DNA of 64,000 nt, from positions 41,106,001 to 41,170,000 of the forward strand of contig JBITNC010000001.1 in assembly GCA_050084985.1 (NCBI GenBank), written 5' to 3'. This DNA is from Nageia nagi. Its lineage: Eukaryota; Plantae; Pinophyta. This document shows positions 50,964 through 63,770 of this stretch, piece by piece (positions within the stretch are counted from its first letter, which is position 1; the number at the start of each line of letters is the position of its first letter). Below the pieces are notes generated by a model. The model saw nothing but the letters and a program-made list of their open reading frames with translations, searched no databases and was not told the origin of the DNA. The position numbers were made by a program, and so were the translations under genes.

Positions 50964-53900
50964 TGTAACATCCCTTTTTGAACAAAAATAAGTAAATTTC
51001 GGATCCTAGGTGTTCCCTTTGTAAATATTTTATTTTTGCATTATTAATTACTTGGGATAGAAAAATAATGGTCCATTTGACCCACATTGTGAGCCCCAAA
51101 GAGGGATGTTTTCCTCCCAAGCTTAGGATGAGTTATTTTATTGTTGTTTGTACACTTGTAGATCCTTAAGATTGATTGTGGGAATCCCAAGTCTTGTATA
51201 GCACCGAGGATGACACATTAACATGGATTGTCACCTATAGCCCCAACGTTGGACTTGGGAGCACTTGTACACTTGCGCGACCCTTGGGGAGACTCCTAGA
51301 CCCCCACGTTTGCCAATGATGACACTAGAGCATCCTAGATACCCACGTTGGGCATGTATGACCCCTAGACACCCACGTTGTATGACCCCTAGACACCTAC
51401 ATTGGGCATGTATGACTCGTATACACCCATGTTGGGCATGTATGATTCCTAAACACCCACGTTGGGCATGTATGACCCCTAGACATCCATGTTGGGCATT
51501 TTGGAGCCTCTAAGAGGCTAATGTTGGATTTGGGAGGCCGGTTGATGACTTCTAGGTGAGATCTAGATCCAGGGAATGTTATATAAGGCATTGGAGCATC
51601 ATTGCAAAGATATGTTGATTATTATATTGAAACCCCTTCTTCTATTCGAAGTTACCAAAGACTTGGCAACGTCAAGCACCCTTGGCCGTGTAGACCTAGG
51701 AGAGTCTTGGAGGCTTGGAACACCTTCTGACTAGCAATTGAGGTGATTGTTCGTGATGTGAGGTTGCCCTACCATGAGGTGTCCATAGCGTTCTACATCT
51801 TTGAATCCATCCGATGGTATTCCGGAATTGCATTTGTTCTCTTCGTTGGGAGCTAGCCTGTAGGCTGTGAGGAAGCCCTTCAGTGAGGTGTCCATAGATT
51901 TGGTAGAGTGTGATTGTTCTACAACATATCTGCATCAAAGTTTATATTTGCACATCAATGTGCCCTAGTTGGCTCCTTGGAGGCGAATGTTGAGCCTTTG
52001 AGGGCTTGGTATTGCTTGTACTTATAATTTTTCTTTTAATGAAGCATTGACACACTTGATCTCCCATTCTTGTCTCATATTTTGGTGCATTTGATATAAT
52101 CTTGCTTCCTTGTGTGTGACGTTGGGCAATTGGGGTGTTATTTGGCTTGTAGAGTGAGTGGTTGGATTTCTGGCACATTTTTGTATATGTCTCATGTCCG
52201 AGATCAGTTCGTGGCATCTTAGAGGCATAATTTGATATTTATTGCTCATTGTTTGGCAAATATATGCATGGAGAATTATTTGAAATTTTACAGTGGTATC
52301 AGAGCTTGATTTGGCCAACCTGTGAATGAGACCAACAATTCATAGTCATTACACTAGATCTAGTGTCGAGAGAGAAATGGCTTCAACAAATAAAGGTGGA
52401 AAAGGGGTATTGCAAGAAGAAACTCCAGCCAGATTAGTTTAGAATGAGGCTCATGACCCTTGGATGGAAGACGTCCAGGATAGAGAGCAATATAGCGAAG
52501 GTAATTTGGCTAGAAGTAGATCTCCTCAGTCTTGAAGAAGGAGCCCTACACAAGCCAGAGAATTCATGCCAGAAAAGAAATTCAATGAGCTCTTTATGGC
52601 CATGAAGAATATGACTAAGGTAGTGCAAAATCAAATGACCAAGATGGATGCTTGGTTTGGAAGAGAAAAAGCCCAAAAGGGAAACATGAGGAATCCTAGT
52701 CCCCCATGTTCCATTCCGGATGATGAGGATGATCCAAGAGAAGAGGAAAGGCGTGAAAGAGAGCATAGCTGGAGGAGGTCACATAGTTTGAAAGATTGAT
52801 GATCCACTCATCATGGGTCAATGAGTCACCAAGAGCATGCATTCATGAGATCCCATTGCCATAGAGCACCACGTGGGACCAACCCACTTTTGAGACGATT
52901 CTTGTATGAGGACGGTGGAAAGATAGGGGAGCTGCCAATCATTCCTAGGCTGCCTAAACCCATGTTTGCCAAAAGATCTTCAAATGAAGTAAAAAATTGG
53001 GTCCCAAACCCCCTTGAATTAAATCAGATTTTTAAAGATTATTCCATGCTTGATTCAAAATTGAGAAAAGATTTGAATTTTAGTAGCTATTTGGGGATAT
53101 TGGATTTGAAAGGATGTAGTTCTCATGGGACCCATTCTCAAGGAAATTCATGGGGTGATAAGAAAGATTTGCAGCAAAAGATAAATAAAATGCAGGTACC
53201 CATGTATGATGGGAAGAAGATGATGACTAGGGCATGGCTACATCAACTCCAAACGTACTTCACTCTAAGCCCCAACATGATTGAAGGAGATGCCATCCAT
53301 TTTGCATTGTTGCATTTTGAGGGAGATGCTCTCGAATGGTGGCAGCATGGGGTAATTAGCCAAGAGTATTCTCATATTTCCTCTTTTGATGAGTTTGCTA
53401 GGAGATTGGTAAAATGTTTTGATAAGAAGGAAAATGATTATTTTAGAGAGCTCACATCTCTAAAACAGCAAGGAACAGTTGAGGATTATATCTCAGAATT
53501 TCAAAAGATATCAGTGATGATTCACAATATTTGAGAGGAAAGGTTGACTTTCATTTTTGTAGAGGGATTGATGGAATCTCTACAAGGGATGGTGAAAATT
53601 TCAAGACCAAAAACACTTGATGACGCAATAAGGGCAACATACGATTTGGAGCCCCACTATGACTACCCTCAAAGGTGCACAAATGCATAAAGGACATGTT
53701 ATGAGAAAATTTGCAGCAGAAAAAGAAGTGACCAGCAAGCCCAAGACATTCTTCCCACCTAGGACAAATCAGTTGGATGCAACTACCAGGAAGAAATTGA
53801 GGAAGGTAAATGTTTCCATTGCAAGAAATTGTGGGAACTAGGGCATAATTTTCAAGGCAAGGGACAAGTGTACTACATTGAGGTTCTTCCTCATGATGAT

Positions 53901-56482
53901 GATGGTTTTGATTTGGAGCTTGATGTGGACGTGTTGGAGCATGATGAGATGTCCAAGGAAGAGGCATCTCTTGGAAGCATGATTGCTTCCCTCAATGGAG
54001 CACCAAAATATTTCACCTTGAAGGTAATTGACCAATCAAGAGGACAAGAGGTAATGGTCCTAATAGATCCTGGTGCTACTCATAATTTTATCGATGAAAA
54101 CTTTGTAAGCAAGAGAGGAATTAAGACTAAAAGTTTTGAAGGGTTTAGAGTTTCTAATACTAATGGGAAACTTACTTTTGTGGATCAAGTGGTTGAAAAA
54201 TTTGGAGTAAGGTTGCAAAACGATACTACTAGAGAACTTTTATGTGTATCCTCTAGATGGCCATCCTCATATGATTTTGGAAGTACAATGGCTGTTTGAA
54301 TTGGGTGATATTCACACCAATTACAGAAATCTAACTACGAGTTTTCAGGTTGATGGTAAGGCTCATACCTTAGAAGGAATTAAGGAAGATTGTCCTCAAG
54401 TGACAAATAAAAGGATGGAAGTAATTTGGCCGCACAATGAGAAGAAGGAAGAGCCTAGAAATGCAATGTTGGGCACAAGGAGGGCTTGGCACTTGATAGG
54501 GAGCAAGAGATCCATTTGTTTTCACTCACTTGTTTTTTTCCTATGTTTTTGCAGGATGATATCACAGCCCAAAGATGGAACAATGCTTTTGCTAAGATCC
54601 TCATCATTTCAGGATTTTTGCAAATGCTCACGATTGCAATTTTGTGCTTAATCTGGATTGCCATGTCAGAATTTTTGACTGCATTTTTGTGCTTAATGTG
54701 AATTGCTAGATCAGAATTTTTGCATACAAACAATGTGTTTAAGACTACATTTTTGTGCTTAATGTGGATTGCTCTTGATGGAAAAGACTTCATTTTGATA
54801 TCAGAATTTTTGCATGCAATATATAGAGGCCATAATGACATATTGAAGACTGATTTGAATGAAGATGAGCGCACTAATATTTCAGACCTGTCATGTATCT
54901 TTTTCATAACTAACATGGCTGAAAACAGTTTCAAAATAAGGGCTGCACATTACTTTTATGTTTCAGAATCGAGGGATACTTTTTTTTTCCAAAGAAGTGA
55001 AAGCATTGTCATAGGGATAGCTGGTCCAATGGCTGTCACATGGAGTTCATTGGTTGATTTATTGATGGAACATATTGAAGTTGCATTCCACCTAAAGAAG
55101 TTTCAGTTGATGCATGCATTTGTACTAAAGGATGTTTAGGAGACAAGTCTTTTTGACATTTTACAATTGCTTGAAGGCAAGCAATTTGAGAGGGGAGACT
55201 TTGTAACATCTCTTTTTGAACAAAAATAAGTAAATTTGGGATCCTAGGTGTTCCCTTTGTAAATATTTTGTTTTTTCATTATTAGTTACTTGGGATAGAA
55301 AAATAATGGTCCATTGGACCCACATTGTGAACCTCAAAGAGGGACGTTTTCCTCCCAAGCTTAGGATGAGTTATTTTATTGTTGTTTGTACACTTGGAGA
55401 TCCTTAAGATTGATTGTGGGAATCCCAAGTCTTGTATAGCACCTAGGATGACACATTAACATGGATTGTCACCTATAGCCCCAACGTTGGACTTGGGAGC
55501 ACTTGTACACTTGCGCGACCCTTGGGGAGACTCTTAAACCCCCACGTTGGCCCATGATGACACCAGAGCATACATGCATGACTCCTAAACACCCACATTG
55601 GGCATGTATGACCCCTAGACACCCACGTTGGGCATATATGACTCCTAGACACCCACGTTGGGCATGTATGACCCCTAGACACCGATGTTGGGCATTTTGG
55701 AGCCTCTAAGAGGCTAACGTTGGATTTGGGAGGCCGGTTGATGACTTCTAGGTGAGATCTAGATCCAAGGAATGCTATATAAGGCATTGGAGCATCATTG
55801 CAAAGATATGTTGATTATTATATTGAAACCCTTTCTTCTCTTCGGAGTTACCAAAGACTTGTTGGCGTCAAGCACCCTTGGGTGTGTAGACCTAGAAGAG
55901 TCCAGGAGGATTGGAACACCTTCTGACTAGCAGTTGAGGTGATTGTTCGTGCTGTGAGGTTGCCCTACCTTGAGGCATCCATAGCGGTCACATCTTTGAA
56001 TCCGTCCGGTGGCATTCCGGAATTGCATTCGTTCTCTTCGCCGATAGCTAGCCTGTGAGGAATCCTTTTGGCAAGGTGTCCATAGATCTGGTAGAGTGTG
56101 ATTGTTCTACAATATATCTACATCAAAGATCATATTTGCACATTAGTGTGCTATATTTGGCTCCTTGGAGGCCAATGTTGAGCCCTTGGGGCCAGGTATT
56201 GCTTGTACTCATCATTTCTCTCTTAATGAAGCATTGGCATACTTGATCTCTCCCATTCTTGTCTCATATTTTGGTGCGTTTGATATAATCTTGCTTATTT
56301 GCGTGTGATGTTGGGCAACTGGGGTGTTATTTGGTTTGTAGAGTGAGTCGTCGGATTTCTGGCACATTTTTATACATGTTTGATGCCCTAAATCAGTTTG
56401 TGGCATGCTTAGAGGCATAATTTGATATTTATTGCTCATTGTTTGGCTAATATTTGCGTGGAGAATTATTTGGGATTTTACG
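50964..56482 (+). mobile_element. Non-autonomous Ty3/gypsy element B (gag + protease only), same lineage as element A
   Basis: LTRs at 50964-52292 and 55202-56482. PBS at 52294-52305 and PPT gagaggggag at about 55188-55198. gag ORF 52821-53534 and protease LIDPGATHNFI. No RT, RH or INT. TSD not intact. Confidence 0.92.
51325..51500. repeat. 30-bp tandem array in the LTRs of element B (second copy about 55560-55695, fewer units)
   Basis: Unit gggcatgtatgacccctagacacccacgtt. Confidence 0.9.
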
Positions 56483-56587
56483 AATTTTGTTGTAACGAGA
56501 TAATTTAGATGTTGACCTCATTCTCAAGTTCAAGAGCGGCTTGATAGAAACCTTGCTTCATGAGGTAAAATTTATGGAATCTAACAT

Positions 56588-57729
56588 TGTAATGTCCCAC
56601 TTGTACGAAACAGTGAATTATTGAACATAAAAATCATATTTACACCACAAACACCTTAGATCTCAGATCAAAATTAAAATATCAGTTTAGGGCATCATAA
56701 ACATCTCAGAAAAATCATCTACTTGCACCAAAATTCATGAAAATCAATCACCAATGAGATCCAAGAAACAAATGAAGGAAATATTACCTCTAGGACATCA
56801 ACGTCTCATCATAAATGGTGAATACAAGTAACAAATATGATCAGATCTGAACCAAACCACTTCACAAGTCAGACGTCCCTCTCACAAGGGCAAATTCAAA
56901 CAAGAAACTCCACCAAACTGATAATCAAGGCTGGGCAGACCTCAATCCAATGCAAAAATGTCACCAACAAGCATTATACAAGTTTGATCTGGGCTGATCC
57001 CAGACAATACAATCAGATCTAGACAGATCTGGGCAGATCAATCTTCCAAATTGCTGAATATCCTTCCTGGAATGCAACATCCCTTGCTGGGAGTGGGAAA
57101 CTGATGAAAATAGCGTGAAAAAATTCAATATTACCCTTGAGACTGCAACGTCCCACTCAGGAACAGAAAATGGTAAATGGTGGCTCAAAACAAGTCAAAG
57201 AACCTTCCAATTTGATTAGAATAATCTCCAAAGTGTCCAGAAGTGATAAGGTATGCCTCAACAATACAAAACCCTTTCCTAGGGCAGACATGTGATGAAG
57301 AGCAATCAGAAACTTCAGGGTTTTTGTCCCAAAGATGCTGAGACAATGAGGGTTTTCGTCCCCAAGGTCTATCCTCAAGTGGGTTTTCGTCCACTAAAGG
57401 GGTTTTTGGAGAAACGCCAAGAAATAACTCAAAATCAATATTCAGGAATGTCCAAATGAGTTCCTCTTCTCTCATTTTATAAACATCCTTCTAATTTATC
57501 ATTGAGGTGGCACTTTATTTTATTAAATAATACTTTACGAAATAATAATAACATGATATTATATTCGCCTAATGGAACATACACCCTTATTCCCCTTTTT
57601 ATTATTTATTTTTATTTTTTATTGCTTTTATATAATTAAAACCACGCTTAACCCAAAAATTACCAAATTCACACAGCACACGACTCCATACCTACGTGCA
57701 AGTAGAAATCTCAAAATGGGGTCATTACG
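56588..57729 (-). mobile_element. Solo LTR (1142 bp), gypsy-like
   Basis: TGTAATGTCCC...GGGGTCATTACG ends. TSD AACAT/AACAC (1 mismatch). The host gag resumes after it. Strand inferred from a TATA-like motif near 57478. Confidence 0.8.
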
Positions 57730-60700
57730 AACACGCTTGATGTAGCATTCAATCATGTGTTGCTAGTTGAGAAATATCTTGCATCCCAAACACCTCCTTG
57801 TTCTTCCAACTCACAAATTCTTCCTTCAAGTTCTACAAGTTTTCATTTTCAGAAAATGACACTTCTTCATCAAAGGCAAATAATGGTTTGATTTCTTCTT
57901 CCTCTTCTTCTTCTTCTCCATTAAAAGGCAAGCTTTGTCGACATTTTAAATAGAAGGAGCATGAGAAGTCTGAATGTTATAAGTTGAAAAATAAAGCTCT
58001 TCTTAAAATCGAAAGAGAAGTCCATAGGTGAAGATAAGTCTTATGATGAGTCGCGAATACCTCAACAAGGTTTCATTGGCACACCATCTTGTTTCTCCAA
58101 ACACTCGTGACAATTTGCAACACTTGCACATTTGACATATGATTTTATGTAGAATGTATAATCAACAATGGATCGTAGAAAAACCTAATTGCAAGATCCA
58201 TAGTTGACAAATTAAAGCTTCATGTGGACTTCATCCTCATCCATATTCTCTTGGATGGAAGGATAGTGGTTCCTCCACTAAAATCACACGTCTCCATGTC
58301 TTTTGCTTTGGATCTCACATTTGTGGATAAGATCTTGTGATGCAAGCCATATGGATTGTTTCGGGTTTCTTGGTAAACCCTATCATTATGATTGGAAATC
58401 ACATTATATTGCCTTTACCAATACACACACACTCATGAAAGATAACTAGAAGTATCTAATTTGAAGTACAACATCTTCTCAAAGAAAAATGAATTTGGTA
58501 CTTACTTGTAAACACGTTTGTAAAGCAATCAACAATGCTGAATTAGCACCTATCTTTCTTTGTCCACAAGTTGATTCACTTCTTAATAAGGAATTGTACC
58601 CACTAATCATGTAGACATTAATCAACTTATACAGAAATTTTATATTTAAAAAAAAAACCTTCATCGTTTTCTCTGAATAGACCCATCAATCAATCTATTG
58701 ATTTGCTTCTAGAGTTTGCTCTTTCCAATGCACCTTTATATTGGAACACCATGACACAAAATGAGAAAATTAAGCACCAAATTTAGGTTTTCTTGGCTAA
58801 AGGCTTCATCAAGCCTATTGTTTCTCCTTTAGCTTTTCTTGGCCTTTGGGTTCCCAAGAAGGATGGTACTTTGTGTTGATTTTTGGGTGTTGATCAAAAT
58901 CACAATCAAGAATCGATATCCTCTTTTGATCATTGATGCTTTGATCGATCAACTTCAATGAGCCAAGTTCTTTTCCTTGTTGAATCTTAACAGTGGATAT
59001 CATTAGTTTCAGTTGCAAGCAAAAGATACATGGAAGATAGTGTTCAAAATGTGCTTTGGTCTCTTTGACTAGCTTGTTATGCCTTTGAGGCTAACTAATG
59101 CTCTTGTTACTTTCATGAGGATAATGAATGAAATTTTTTGTGATTATTTCGATCAATTTGTTATCATCTACTTGGATGATGATGTTCATGTTTTCTCCAA
59201 AACTTGGGATGAACATTTAACGCATTTAAAACATGTTCTGCTCACTTTTCGATAGAATCAGCTATTTGTAGGGCTCTCCAAATGTTCTTTTGCTCAACGG
59301 TCTACCTCCTACTTGGGTTTCATTTTTGATGAGTGAGGTGTAGCAATTGACCTTGCAAAGGTTGAAGTATTGCAAAAGTGGCCATGTCCTACCACTCATT
59401 GATTTGAGAGGTTCCCTTGGGCTTGCTAAGTACTACAGGAAATTCATTTCTAGCTACTCAGATATTATTGCTCCATTGCATTAGGTGACTCATTTCAATG
59501 TTCCCTTCATATGGACCAACATGCAAACCTCAACAATCAACACTCTCAAGCATCGACTTTGCTCTCCTATGGTCTTGGTACTTCTTGATTTGAATCAACT
59601 TTTTAAGATAGAGATGAATGCTTCGCAAATTGCTCTTGTTGTTGTGTTGAAACAAAATGGTCATCTAGTGGCCTATCACTTGGAGATGTTCTTAGTCGCC
59701 AAACAAAACTACTTTACATATGATAAGGAGTTATATGTGCTAGTATATATCATTAAATATTGGTGTCACTATCTCTTGGGTAAAGAGACCATTGTTCACA
59801 TTGATCACATGCCTTTGGAGTTTCTTCATTCTCAATCAAAGATTGAGGAAGCTCGACATATGAAATGGGCCTCTTACCTTTACCAGTTCCATTTGGTTAT
59901 CAGAAATAAAGGCAACAACAACTTAGTTGTTGATTGTGTGAGTCATCGTCTAATTGTTTATATTTTGGCCATTGTCTCTTTCTCATGTCGGTTTTCAAAC
60001 ATGGGCTTCATAGGATGATCTAGATCCTGATTTCCGCAAGATTTTTTCCCTAATCACTCATGCTTCTGCATCCAACTTAGAATCATACTTGGGATTTTCA
60101 TTGTCAAGATGGTTTGCTCTATCAATTGGATAAGTTGTGTGTCCCCAAAAATCATCAACAAGTGCTTCTTAAGGAAGTACATCCTACACTTTATGGTGGG
60201 CGCATATGTAGAGATGTTTTGCAATTCCTACGTTAGTGTGTTGTCGTTCAAAATTAAAAATCAGAAATTGGCTCTCATTTGTTCTCCACCCATTCCTAGT
60301 TGACATTGGGAAAGCATTTCCATGGATTTAGTGACTGGTTTTTTGCCTATAGTGTGTCTTCATGATTGCATTTTGTGGTAGTAGATTGTTTTAGCAAGAT
60401 GGCAAGGTTTTTTTAGTACATGATTTGGCTTAGCTCTTGTTCAATATGATTTGGTGATCCTTTGGACTTCCAACATTTTCTCAGATCGAGATACTTGCTT
60501 TATATGATTTTTTTTTGTACCCTTTGGAAATTTTTGGGAGTTTCTCCCAACATTTCTATTGCCTTTCACCCACATATTGATGGCTAGATTGTGGTTGCGA
60601 ATCTCACTTTGTTACAAAGTTTGAGGATCTACCATCATCATTCTCTTACCAGATAGTCTGGGAAATGCTTACAATAGGGTAGTCTGGTCATTCCCCTCTT

Positions 60701-60949
60701 GAAGTTTGCATTGGATTTTAGCCCTTTGCAACATATGAGTTACCCTTAGTTCTTCATTCTCCCACTACTTATCATTTTCAAAAGGAACAAGACAAGACAA
60801 ATGAGTTTATTTGTCACCTTCAAACTCTTTAGTCGATAGTGGTTGGTATTCTTTAGTGCATAGGAGAAGCATAAAGTTCAAATGGACAAGTGATGGGTCC
60901 TCACTTTTTTCAAGTTGGTAATCAAGTTTGGCTTCATTTAATGAATGTC

Positions 60950-63770
60950 AATGCCTATAAATCAACATGAGAAGGAGAGACAATGACCAAAGTACAAACA
61001 ATTAGAAAATGACTTAGACAATCAACAATTGAGTTGTTGCCATTCTAATTTCTGATAACCAAATGGAATTGTTGAAGTTAAGAGGCTTATTTGTAATTGC
61101 GAATGAAGAAACTGCAAAGGTATGTGATCAATGTAAACAATGGTCTCTTTACCTAGGAGATAGTAATGACAATACTTAATGGCTTGTACTAGTGCATATA
61201 ACTCCTTGTCATATGTAGAGTAGTTTTGTTTGATGATCGAGAACGTTTTCGAGTGGTAGGCCATTGGATGACCATTTTTGCTTCAATACAACAAGTGCAA
61301 TATGAGAAGCACCTATCTCTATCTTAAAATGCTGATTCAAATCAAGAACTACCAAGATTGCAACATATCAAAGATGATGCTTGAGAGTGTTGAAAGTTGA
61401 GTGTCAATCCAATTGAAAGTAATATTGATGCAAGTCAACTAATGGAATGTAGCAATAATATCTAAGTAGCAAGGAATGAATTTCTTGTAGAAGTTTCCAA
61501 GCCCAAGGAATCTCTTCAAATTAGTGAGTGGCAGGATGCGACCGCTTCTACATTATTTCAACCTTAGCAATATCAACTGTTACACCTCACTCATAAAAAT
61601 GAAACCCTAGTAGTAGATAGACCATTGAGTAAAAGAACATTTGGAGAGCCTTGCATATAGCTAGTTTTGTCAAAAAGTGAGCAAAACATGTTCTAAGTGC
61701 AACAAATGTTCATCCCAAGTTTTGGAGAAATCAAGAATATCATCATACAAGTAGATGATAACAAATTGATCCAAATAATCATGAAAAAACTTCATTTATC
61801 ATCGTCATGAAAGTGATAGGAGCATTAGTTAGTCCAAAAAGCATAACAAGCCACTCAAAGAGACCAAAATGCGTTTTGAATGTTGTCTTCCATGTATCTT
61901 CTGGTTGCATCCGAATTTGATGATATCCACTCTTAATATCCAACATGGAAAAGAACTTGGTGCTTAGAAGCTGATCAGTCAGGTCATCAGTGCGCAGAAA
62001 AGGATATCAATTCTTGATTGTGATTTTGTTCAATGCTTGGAAATCAATATTGAAATGCCAAGTACTATCCTTCAACAGGATGAGAAAAGCTAAATGAAAT
62101 ACATTAGGTTTGATGAAGCGTTTAGCCAACAAATTTTCAATTTGGTGCTAAATTTCCTCATTGTGTGATGGAGTTCAGGTATAAAGGTGCATTGGGAAGA
62201 GAAACATCTAGAAGCAAATCTATAGACTTATTGATGGGTCTATTTGGAGGAAATGAAGGTGTTTGAAATACATCTGTTTCTTTTTGTAAAAGATGATTAA
62301 TATCTGCATGAGTAGTGGTGCAATTTCCTTTTGAAAAAGCGAATCAACTTGTGGATGAAGAGAAAAAAGTGCTAATTCAACAACATTGTTGACTGCTTTA
62401 CGTGCTTGTTTACAAGTAAGTACTAGATTCATTTTTCTTTGTAAGTATGTTGTACTTTGAATTAGATACATCTTGTTATTTTTATCAAGTGTGGATGTAG
62501 GCGTTATAATTTGCTTTCCTATCATATTGATAGGATTTACCAAGAAGAAGCCCAAAACAATCCATATGGGTCATATCACAAGTGACCTTATTTACAAATT
62601 TGGGATCCAAGGCAAAAAGACAATGTGCAATCATGTGTAGTTTTAGTGGAAGAACCACTATCCTTCCATCCAAGAGAATATGGGTAAGGATGAGGTTCCA
62701 TAGGAAACTTCAATTTGTCAACTATGGATTTTGCAATTAGGCTTTTCTGCGAACCATTGTCGATTACATTCTACAAAAAAATCATATGTCAAATGTAAAA
62801 GTGTGACAAACAAATTGTCATAAGTGTTTGGAGAAAGAAGACGATGCACCAATGAAACCTTATTGAGGCATATGCTGTACTTGTTATAAGACGTATCTTC
62901 ACATATTGACTTGATAAGGGTATCCTATGCTCCTTCATTAGTCGATTTTACAAAGAGAGTTTTCTTTTTCAACTTGTAACATTCAGACTTCCCATGCTCC
63001 TGATTACAATATCGACAAAGCTTGCCCTTCTTTGGAGAAAAAGAAGTCAAACCATTATTTGCCTTCGATGAATTGTCATTTTGTGAAGACGAAGACTTGT
63101 AGAACTTGGAGGAAGAATTCTGTGAGTTGGAAGAACTTCAGACGCAAGATACTTTTCAGCTAGCAACACATGATTGGATGCTACCTCAAAGGTCATGAAA
63201 CAAGTGTTCTATCAAGCCGCTCATGAACTTGAGAATGAGTGAATCATCTTGTTGCAATAAAATCCATAAGCGGTTAAATTGGCTGATGTCCTCCTAAACA
63301 AATTGTTGAAATCCTTGCTGAAGTCGAAGCAATTTGACTCGAAGATGCTGTTTATAACTAGAAGGATGAAGAGTGTTCCATAGAAATGAGACAGGTCATC
63401 CCGAGAGGTGACAATGGCATATGGACTGTCATTTTTGCAATCCCTGAAAGTTTGAGTAGAGCAAGGGCCATCTTGTTGTCATTTGTGGTTTTATTGAAAT
63501 CAAACATCTCCATATCTAGGACTAGCTTAATACATCAATATTATGAACTCCATTGTAGAATGTCACTTTACACTTGGCATATCGAGTGGTTGGTTTTGCA
63601 GTACCGATGTCTCTCGACTTCCTTTGTGACTGATGCTCCTATCAAGGCAAAGGCCTTATCATTCTTGTGTTCCCAAACAATTGTTTTTTGGGATTCATCA
63701 GTTTGTTTGCTAAGTGTCACCATCGTAGATGCCTTTCCACAGATCATTGAAAAAAAGAATATGTTTGATT
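60950..63770 (-). mobile_element. Second degenerate copy of the same gypsy internal region (gag-PR-RT-RH), inverted
   Basis: ORF 61022-61264 AYHSKTFSIIKQNYSTYDKELYALVQAIKYCHYYLLGKETIV parallels 59485-60018. The reverse complement of 63571-63605 matches 50667-50701. Confidence 0.88.

Larger units (their letters stand above)
50530..60945 (+). mobile_element. Old degenerate Ty3/gypsy internal region (gag-PR-RT-RH-INT), no LTR seen; interrupted by element B and a solo LTR
   Basis: gag at 50590-50963, resuming at 56482 and 57730. RT motifs (FGLFD.LVMP..LTNA, IYLDDD) at about 59050-59190. RNase H YDKELYVLV..WCHYLLGKETIVHIDHMPL. Integrase remnants WESISMDLV and FQVGNQVWLHL. Confidence 0.85.
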
